From Floricoccus tropicus (lineage in GTDB: Bacteria; Bacillota; Bacilli; Lactobacillales; Streptococcaceae), in NCBI RefSeq assembly GCF_001832905.1, contig NZ_MKIR01000001.1:214855-246854 (forward strand): DNA of 32,000 bases. Direction: 5' to 3'. A program made the position numbers and the translations under genes. The notes beneath the pieces were generated by a model. That model was not told where the DNA came from. It worked only from the letters and a program-made list of their open reading frames with translations, and ran no database searches. Positions 26,061 through 32,000 of the stretch are shown here, in pieces; within the stretch, counting starts at the first letter, position 1, and each line of letters opens with the position of its first letter.

Positions 26061-26540
26061 CTACTTCTCAAGTAATTTTACGATATCTTTTTCAATGTCT
26101 TTTGGTTCTGTTGTTGGTGCGTAGCGTTTTACTACATTACCTTCTGAATCAACTAAGAATTTTGTGAAATTCCATTTGATTTTTTTACCGGCTAGTCCAC
26201 TTTTTTCATTTTTTAAATATGTATAAAGTGAATCTTCATTTTCCCCATTTACATCAATTTTTGCGAAAGTTTTAAAACTAGTATCATATTTTAACTGACA
26301 GAATTCTTGAATTTCTTCATTACTTCCAGGTGCTTGATGACCAAACTGGTTACATGGAAAATCTAAAATTTCTAACCCTTTGTCAGAATACTTTTTATAA
26401 AGGTCTTCTAGCCCCTGATATTGTGGAGTAAAACCACATCCGGTAGCTGTATTTACAATCAAAAGAACTTTTCCCTTATAATCAGCTAATGAAACATCTT
26501 CATTTTTAATATCTTTTACTTTTAAGTCATATATAGCCAT
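26061..26540 (-). CDS. glutathione peroxidase (Cys-type)
   Basis: 159 aa with motifs NTATGCGFTPQY (catalytic Cys), FPCNQFGHQAPG and WNFTKFLV. Confidence 0.95.
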   Translation of the reverse strand: MAIYDLKVKDIKNEDVSLADYKGKVLLIVNTATGCGFTPQYQGLEDLYKKYSDKGLEILDFPCNQFGHQAPGSNEEIQEFCQLKYDTSFKTFAKIDVNGENEDSLYTYLKNEKSGLAGKKIKWNFTKFLVDSEGNVVKRYAPTTEPKDIEKDIVKLLEK

Positions 26541-26595
26541 CTGAATACCTCTTTTTTTCTAGCTATAGATATTCTACTCTTTAGAACTTTGAGAA

Positions 26596-27456
26596 TCAAC
26601 TAAATAGCCCTTTAACGACTTCATTGACTGGTTTGCCGTGAAGTCCTTTTGCGTCCATTGTCCAATTTACCCATCCAACTATACTGTTGAGTAAGTATAC
26701 CCAGTACATGATGACGATTTCAAATGATTGTCCCCACCATAGATAGATTGAGAAGATATTTGTTAGTCCCCAGAAAATCCATTGTTCTGCATAACCACCA
26801 CTCATCAAAACTTGTCCTGTAACGTTTGTTCCGTCGGTTACACTGTCACGGAAGGGGCGGTTAGCACCAATAGACTTGTAGGCGTATCCCATACCAAGCC
26901 ATACAATTGCAGTAAGTACGATGTTTTCAATCCATCCTGAAAGAGTGAGTTTGTTAGTTAATATGTCTTCTTCGTCTTGTCGAGGTTGAAGAGCAGCAAC
27001 TAGCCACATGTAAAGACCGATAGGCTGCATGATGGTAAAGAATGTTGTTGTTGCAACTTCCCCGTAGAAACCCGATTGTAAGCTCATATGCAAGTAAATT
27101 AAAGAATTAATTAGTCCAAAAATATAGTTACTCGCACGTTTTTCATTTACAAATATTACACAAATTATACCCGTTAAACCTGCAATCATCCCAATCATTG
27201 AGTCAGGATTTAGGATATAAGCAATAATTTGAATTGAACATAATGCAATTAAGTAAATCCATCCAAGTAAACTTCTTCCTAGGAATATATCAGCAAAAGT
27301 TAATTTTAATACTCCGATAAAGCCTAATTCTTTTGCCTTAGACCACAGTTCCTTTAAATTTGCAGGAAGAGCCTTCAAATTTGTTGAAATACTTTCCTTC
27401 TTATTGCGGAAAAAGTCTCCAAATCTTTTACCAATTGATTTTAAATAATCAAACAC
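26596..27456 (-). CDS. pnuC: nicotinamide riboside transporter PnuC
   Basis: 286 aa, polytopic, with PnuC-like segments (NEKRASNYIFGLINSLIYLHMSLQSGFYGE and a W-rich C-terminus LWWGQS...WVNW). The start codon is GTG at 27456, 8 nt after AAGGAG. The nearby ATG at 27461 is out of frame. Confidence 0.85.
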   Translation of the reverse strand: MFDYLKSIGKRFGDFFRNKKESISTNLKALPANLKELWSKAKELGFIGVLKLTFADIFLGRSLLGWIYLIALCSIQIIAYILNPDSMIGMIAGLTGIICVIFVNEKRASNYIFGLINSLIYLHMSLQSGFYGEVATTTFFTIMQPIGLYMWLVAALQPRQDEEDILTNKLTLSGWIENIVLTAIVWLGMGYAYKSIGANRPFRDSVTDGTNVTGQVLMSGGYAEQWIFWGLTNIFSIYLWWGQSFEIVIMYWVYLLNSIVGWVNWTMDAKGLHGKPVNEVVKGLFS

Positions 27457-27482
27457 TCCATTTTCTCCTTAAATATTCTATT

Positions 27483-27544
27483 AAAAAAACATAGAAAATA
27501 ATTTTCAAGGGTATTTCAACGATTGATAAAAATTCTCTATGTTT
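27483..27544 (-). promoter_or_regulatory. structured 5' leader of pnuC: long imperfect hairpin plus U-tract (attenuator or riboswitch candidate)
   Basis: Minus-strand RNA has three helical segments: AAACAUAGA...UCUAUGUUU (9 bp), AAUUUU/AAAAUU and UCAA/UUGA. The 3'-side internal loop is AAUACCCUUG. UUUU follows the basal stem, and the structure ends 12 nt before the RBS. Confidence 0.4.
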
Positions 27545-27621
27545 ATGTGCTTATCATTTGAAGATAGAATGTTGGATGATATTTCTTTTCCAACTTCTCT
27601 TTCAAGTATTTTTATTAATTA

Positions 27622-29427
27622 TTATTTAACATATTCTTCTGTTAATTCCATGAACTCATTGATATCAGCAAGAACCATGTCAATTCCTGCTTGCCAGAAA
27701 TCCGGTTTAGTCAAATCAACTTGCAAATGTTTTTCTGCTAGTTCTTCTGATGTCATTGAAGCTGTATCACGAAGAAGTGAAATGTACTCATCTTCAAAAT
27801 TCGAACCTTTTTTATTTGCGTAAGCATAGATTCCCATACTAAATAGGTATCCAAAAGTATATGGGAAGTTATAGAATGGTACATCATCAATAAAGAAATG
27901 TAATTTTGCAGCCCAGAAATGTGGATGGTATGTTGCTAGTCCGTCAAGATATGCTTCTTTTTGTGCTTCAACCATCATTGATGTAATTTCATCTGCTGAA
28001 ACAAGCCCCTTTTGGCGAGCTTGATAAAAAGCATTTTCAAAGATGTAACGAGCATGAATATTCATGAACATAGCAATTGCATTTTGCATTTTTACATCAA
28101 GAAGATTAATTTTCTCTTCCTTAGTCTTCGCGCTCTTAAGTGTAGCATCTGCTACAATTAGTTCTGCAAATGTACTAGCAGTTTCAGCTACATTCATTGC
28201 ATAGTCTTGGTTAAGACTTGGCATATTCCACATAACGCTACTATGGAATGCATGTCCCAACTCATGAGCAAGAGTTGCTACTTCATTAACAGAATTACTA
28301 TATGTCATGAAAATACGAGACTCTTGCGTTTCTGGAAGTCCTGTACAATATCCACCAGGACGTTTACCAGGTCTGTCTTCTGCTTCAATCCAAGATTTAT
28401 CAAATGCTTCTTGAGCAAATTTCGACATTTTTGGAGAGAATTTTTCAAAGTTTTCTATGATAAATTCTGCAGCTTGGTCAAATGTATAAGTTCTTTCTTC
28501 CATATCACCTAAAACGATAGGTGCATCTTGGTCTTGCCACTCCATCTTATCTTTGCCAAAAAGTTGAGCCTTACGAGTTAAATAATCAACGATTGGTTGC
28601 TTATTAGCTTGAATAGTTGACCACATAGCATCAACTGTTTCTTCTTTTAGACGATTATATTCTAATGGTTGTTTTAGGTAATCATCAACACCGTGGAGTT
28701 TTTGAGTTGATAAACGGAATCCATCTAGATGGTTCAATGTGTCAGCAAATATATCAACCTTGTCTGACCATGCTTTTTCCCATTTTTCAAATAAGTCTGC
28801 TCTCACGCTCGCATCAGCATCACCCATCATTTTATTGAATGCTTGACCTGCAGAAAGTGAAACTTCTTTACCTTCTTCATTAATATACGGAATTTCGATA
28901 CTTGCAACAATTGTATCATAGTGGCTACTCCATGCATTTAAACCATCTAAATTAAGTGTACTAATAATATTTTCTTCAGCTTCTGATAGTAATTCTTTAC
29001 CATCACGACGAATTTCAGAAAGTCTAAATGATAGATTTACAAGTTCTGTAGTAGACATTAACTCAGTCCATTTTTCATCATCTATCTCGCTTAATTTCTT
29101 AGAAAAAATTGTTTGAGCAAGCTGAACTGCTGGATATTTTTTACTAAAGTCTCCATATACAAGTTTTGCTTTATCATCATTGATATCACTAGATAAAAGA
29201 GCTCCAATAAAGCTACCACACTGACCAAATCCTTTGGAAATAACTTCTTGTAAATCTAAAATTTCAACAAATTTATCAATTGAATCTGATTCTGGATTCC
29301 AATCTGTAACTTTGTCCTGATATTCTTTAATTTGATTATCAAGTTCCACCATTCTATTTTGCAATTCTTGCGAATTACTTCCTCCAGGAAAAATTGAATC
29401 TAGGTCCCAGTTAATTGCGTATTTCAT
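27622..29427 (-). CDS. pepF: oligoendopeptidase F (M3B family)
   Basis: About 601 aa with zinc motif HELGHAFH and a typical PepF length. The start was moved from 29433 to ATG 29427 (MKYAINWDLD) because AAGGAGA lies only 1 nt from the first ATG but 7 nt from the second. Confidence 0.94.
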   Translation of the reverse strand: MKYAINWDLDSIFPGGSNSQELQNRMVELDNQIKEYQDKVTDWNPESDSIDKFVEILDLQEVISKGFGQCGSFIGALLSSDINDDKAKLVYGDFSKKYPAVQLAQTIFSKKLSEIDDEKWTELMSTTELVNLSFRLSEIRRDGKELLSEAEENIISTLNLDGLNAWSSHYDTIVASIEIPYINEEGKEVSLSAGQAFNKMMGDADASVRADLFEKWEKAWSDKVDIFADTLNHLDGFRLSTQKLHGVDDYLKQPLEYNRLKEETVDAMWSTIQANKQPIVDYLTRKAQLFGKDKMEWQDQDAPIVLGDMEERTYTFDQAAEFIIENFEKFSPKMSKFAQEAFDKSWIEAEDRPGKRPGGYCTGLPETQESRIFMTYSNSVNEVATLAHELGHAFHSSVMWNMPSLNQDYAMNVAETASTFAELIVADATLKSAKTKEEKINLLDVKMQNAIAMFMNIHARYIFENAFYQARQKGLVSADEITSMMVEAQKEAYLDGLATYHPHFWAAKLHFFIDDVPFYNFPYTFGYLFSMGIYAYANKKGSNFEDEYISLLRDTASMTSEELAEKHLQVDLTKPDFWQAGIDMVLADINEFMELTEEYVK

Positions 29428-29573
29428 GAACATTCTCCTTTATTTTTAACTAAATATAAGTATATCATAAAATTTTTTGAATTATTAAAATTCAAGATGA
29501 ATTGTTGAAAATTACACGATAATTCAGGAACATCTGAATCCCATTAAAAATATCGCAATTATCTGAATATTTA

Positions 29574-29602
29574 TTGCCGTAAATATATTATTTTGTTATA
29601 CT
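29574..29602 (+). promoter_or_regulatory. promoter for the ABC exporter gene (TTGCCG-17-TGtTATACT)
   Basis: TTGCCG (29574-29579), a 17-nt spacer, then TATACT (29597-29602) with an upstream TG. It lies about 30 nt before ATG 29634. Confidence 0.5.
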
Positions 29603-29633
29603 AATTAAAATATGAAAAAGAAATGAGATTATA

Positions 29634-31259
29634 ATGTTTTCTCTTAAGAAAGTTTTTAGAAGTGGATATTTTTGGTTATCCATTCTTTCTATCACTGTTG
29701 TTGCTATCGCGGCTGCATTAGTTCCATTAGAAACAGCTAATATCTTGAACTATGCCCTTGCTAAGGATATAAATACACTTATCATATGGAGTATTGTTCT
29801 TTTAGCTACTATTGCTATTTTGCTAATATTTGAGTCATTTAGTCAATACTTCTCTGTTAAATATAGCAATAAATTTAAAGCAGATATGGTAAACCACTTA
29901 ACAATTTCCATTAGCAAAAAAGACTGGTACTCTTTTCAAAAGAAAGGGACAGTTGACTACTTATCATATTATAACAATGATATTGAAGTATTAGAGGAGG
30001 ACTATTTCCAATCTATTCTCAAAAGCTACCAAGGATTTATAGCATTGATTGCAAATATATCTGTCCTCTTTACATTAGATAAATTATTAATGGTGGTGGT
30101 TGTAATATCAAGTATAATCCCAATGCTAATACCTTTCATTTTTCAAAAACACCTTGCTAAGCTTAAGAGTGAAAATATGTTTCAAATCACCAACTTTAAC
30201 AATAAATTAAGTGACTTTCTCGATGGTTTTCAATTGATGAAAGGTTTTAAGAAAGAGGATAAATTCTTAAATCGTCTAAATTTGGCAACAGAAAGTATGA
30301 ACGAGAGCAAAGAAAAACATGAAAAGGCGGATGTTACTTCAAATCTTATTACTGGTATAGCTTTTTATATTTCTTTTATTGCAAGCTTAATTATTGGGGC
30401 CTATCGTATTGCAACAGGAACTACTAGCGTTGGTGCTGTAACTGGTATCTTGCAAATTTCTGATAATCTTATCTATCCAATCAATTTGATTTCTAGTCAG
30501 ACTAAGACTCTTATGGCAACAAAGACAATTAGAAATGACTTTAAGAAACTATGTAGTTTTGATGAAAAAACAAATAATTATGAGGACTTGAATGATAAAC
30601 AAAATGCCATTATTATCGAAAACTTAAGTTTCGGATATAATGACACTAAAATTCTAAATAATGTTAATTTTACTTTTGAAAAAGATAAAAAATACTTATT
30701 AATAGGTCCTAGTGGTCAAGGAAAATCAACATTACTTCATCTTATAAGTGGAGATATTGCTGATTTTTCTGGTAAAGTACTGGTAAATAAAGACATTAAA
30801 AATGGAATACGTCTGATTCCACAAAAATCTCTGTTAATTCGAGATAGTATTATAAATAATCTTACACTCTTCAGTGATAAACCACTTGGAAATGTGAAAA
30901 ATACTCTTGAGAAATTTAAACTTAATAAATTTTCAAGCAATGAAAAACTTCAAGCTGAATTTCCAAATAATGTTAGCCCCTCAGGTGGTGAGGTACAAAG
31001 AATGAGTATAAGTCGAACTCTTCTCGAGCAACCTCAGCTACTTCTTCTTGACGAAGTTACTTCAGCCCTTGATAAAGAGAATCAAAAGTTTGTTGAAGTA
31101 GAATTGCTAAAGAATTTTAAAGGAACCGTTATTAGTGTATCTCACAACTATTCTGAAGAAAGTCTTAATTATTATGACTATGTAGTTGAAATTAATGATT
31201 CAAAAATATCAGTAATAAATAAAACTGACTTAGAAAAAAACAAGTCTCATAATAATTGA
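29634..31259 (+). CDS. half-size ABC exporter (fused N-terminal 6-TM permease and C-terminal ATPase)
   Basis: 541 aa with Walker A GPSGQGKST, Q-loop IPQKS, signature-like SPSGGEVQRMSISR, Walker B LLLLDEVTSALD and H-loop VSHN. No partner permease, peptidase domain or cognate peptide gene is seen in the window. Confidence 0.85.
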   Translation: MFSLKKVFRSGYFWLSILSITVVAIAAALVPLETANILNYALAKDINTLIIWSIVLLATIAILLIFESFSQYFSVKYSNKFKADMVNHLTISISKKDWYSFQKKGTVDYLSYYNNDIEVLEEDYFQSILKSYQGFIALIANISVLFTLDKLLMVVVVISSIIPMLIPFIFQKHLAKLKSENMFQITNFNNKLSDFLDGFQLMKGFKKEDKFLNRLNLATESMNESKEKHEKADVTSNLITGIAFYISFIASLIIGAYRIATGTTSVGAVTGILQISDNLIYPINLISSQTKTLMATKTIRNDFKKLCSFDEKTNNYEDLNDKQNAIIIENLSFGYNDTKILNNVNFTFEKDKKYLLIGPSGQGKSTLLHLISGDIADFSGKVLVNKDIKNGIRLIPQKSLLIRDSIINNLTLFSDKPLGNVKNTLEKFKLNKFSSNEKLQAEFPNNVSPSGGEVQRMSISRTLLEQPQLLLLDEVTSALDKENQKFVEVELLKNFKGTVISVSHNYSEESLNYYDYVVEINDSKISVINKTDLEKNKSHNN

Positions 31260-31270
31260 GACTTGTTTTT
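31234..31270. terminator. bidirectional rho-independent terminator (ABC exporter / ftsX)
   Basis: Perfect 10-bp stem AACAAGTCTC (31239-31248) / GAGACTTGTT (31258-31267), with an A-run before and a T-run after. The TGA stop of the ABC gene forms part of the 3' arm. Confidence 0.85.
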
Positions 31271-31274
31271 ATTA

Positions 31275-32000
31275 TTAAATTTTTAGATATCTTCTCATAG
31301 AAATTACTGAACCTAGTGATCCAATCACCATACCAATAGCAACAATTAAAATTGAAATTACTGGTAAAAATTCAGTTGGTTTAATTATACTTAAACCTTG
31401 TGTAATTAGAGAAGGTGTAAAGCTCTTATAAGCTACATTATATAGATAATTAACCAATAATACTGGGATAATTGATCCTATAAGTCCAACCCATGCTCCT
31501 TCAAGAAAGAATGGCCAACGGATATAACCTTTTTTTGCACCAACCAAACTCATAATTTGAATTTCACGACTTCGTGACATAATAGTAATTCTTATAGTGT
31601 TAGAGATCAAGAATACAGCTACAAATATTAATAGAGCTGAACCAGCTAATCCCCAAGTTTTAATCGTATTAGCAACTTTAAAGATTCTATCAGTATTTTT
31701 ACCACCATACTCTGCTTTTTGAACTCCATCAATTTCAGAGAGTTTTTTAGCTAGTGGCTTAACATTTTCAGGTTTATCGGCCTCAACAATATAGACGTCA
31801 TAAAGTGGGTTTGCATCACCCTTAAACAATTCCCAAGTATCCCCTAAACTGTCAATAAGCTTTTTAAGTTGGTCATCTTTACTTGAAAAAGTTACATTTG
31901 TAACATGATCTAAATTCTCAATTTGATCATAAATTACGTGGTAATTCTTATTGTCAATTATCTTAGTTTTATCCTTTGGATCAGTATATTGTTTGTCATT
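31275..32000 (-). CDS. ftsX: cell-division ABC permease-like protein FtsX, C-terminal 241 codons; the 5' end lies beyond the right edge
   Basis: The frame stays open from 32000 (NDKQYTDPKDKTKIIDNKNYHVIYDQIENLDHV...), so the track start at 31829 is only the first in-frame TTG. The product has an extracellular-domain-like region followed by 4 TM helices, including MSLVGAKKGYIRWPFFLEGAWVGLIGSIIP. Confidence 0.92.
   Translation of the reverse strand, partial: NDKQYTDPKDKTKIIDNKNYHVIYDQIENLDHVTNVTFSSKDDQLKKLIDSLGDTWELFKGDANPLYDVYIVEADKPENVKPLAKKLSEIDGVQKAEYGGKNTDRIFKVANTIKTWGLAGSALLIFVAVFLISNTIRITIMSRSREIQIMSLVGAKKGYIRWPFFLEGAWVGLIGSIIPVLLVNYLYNVAYKSFTPSLITQGLSIIKPTEFLPVISILIVAIGMVIGSLGSVISMRRYLKI

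Noticed and set aside
27571-27594. Hairpin GTTGGA-N12-TCCAAC as the pepF terminator
   Set aside because: The stem is only 6 bp, the loop is 12 nt, and no U-tract follows on the minus strand. It is at best a weak terminator, so pepF may read through to the pnuC leader hairpin.
29612-29626. Four-codon mini-ORF ATG AAA AAG AAA TGA just upstream of the ABC exporter (leader-peptide idea)
   Set aside because: It begins only about 3 nt after the predicted transcription start, has no RBS, and is too short and low in complexity to distinguish from chance.
1315-30940. About 24 short track ORFs of 60-101 aa nested inside larger genes. Examples: 1315-1500, 3315-3527, 3881-4075, 4886-5116, 5193-5375, 5673-5909, 8832-9020, 10429-10656, 11517-11711, 12063-12463, 14941-15159, 15333-15521, 15611-15799, 16129-16338, 16562-16759, 17381-17626, 17743-17979, 21480-21674, 23595-23852, 24030-24212, 27539-27823, 28207-28512 and 30737-30940
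   Set aside because: All of them overlap strongly supported genes, either antisense or in another frame. They lack RBSs and recognisable motifs, and they are the stop-poor shadow frames expected in AT-rich DNA.

Overview
Low-GC Firmicutes chromosome, most likely Lactobacillales or Streptococcaceae; that placement is inferred from gene content and the mutM-coaE-MFS and cdaA-cdaR-glmM synteny. The window is mostly housekeeping. The minus strand from 1 to 16850 carries a partial MFS efflux gene, coaE, mutM, a DinB-family gene, era, dgkA, ybeY, phoH, a 57-codon ORF missing from the track, obg, glmM, cdaR, cdaA, a 1226-aa pyruvate:ferredoxin oxidoreductase (nifJ), pta, ung and udk. From 17001 to 20950 (+) there is a four-gene operon: a DUF62 SAM-hydrolase-like gene plus a dedicated ECF transporter (S component, fused double ATPase, T component). 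Next come a cre-controlled lipoprotein alpha-amylase (-), then a tightly coupled Gfo/Idh/MocA oxidoreductase, DEAD-box helicase and DUF1361 membrane protein (+). After those are a lone tRNA-Arg(CCU) (-), gpx, pnuC, pepF (-), an orphan half-size ABC exporter (+) and a partial ftsX (-). I saw no CRISPR array, rRNA, transposase, integrase or prophage gene. The most unusual signal is non-coding. An ORF-less palindromic element bounded by terminal inverted repeats occurs twice in inverted orientation. One copy is a 106-bp compact form (20951-21056). The other is a 285-bp form (25560-25844) that differs by three exactly 60-bp hairpin modules whose stems covary. Together the two copies bracket a 4.5-kb four-gene segment. 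Secondary leads are the DUF62-ECF operon of unknown substrate, a structured terminator-like pnuC leader (possible NAD+-II/pnuC-motif riboswitch), a highly charged 60-aa tail on the PFOR, and operator-like repeats upstream of the orphan ABC exporter. Everything here was read by eye from the sequence. No database search, folding or covariance model was run, so all family names rest on recognised motifs and remembered synteny.
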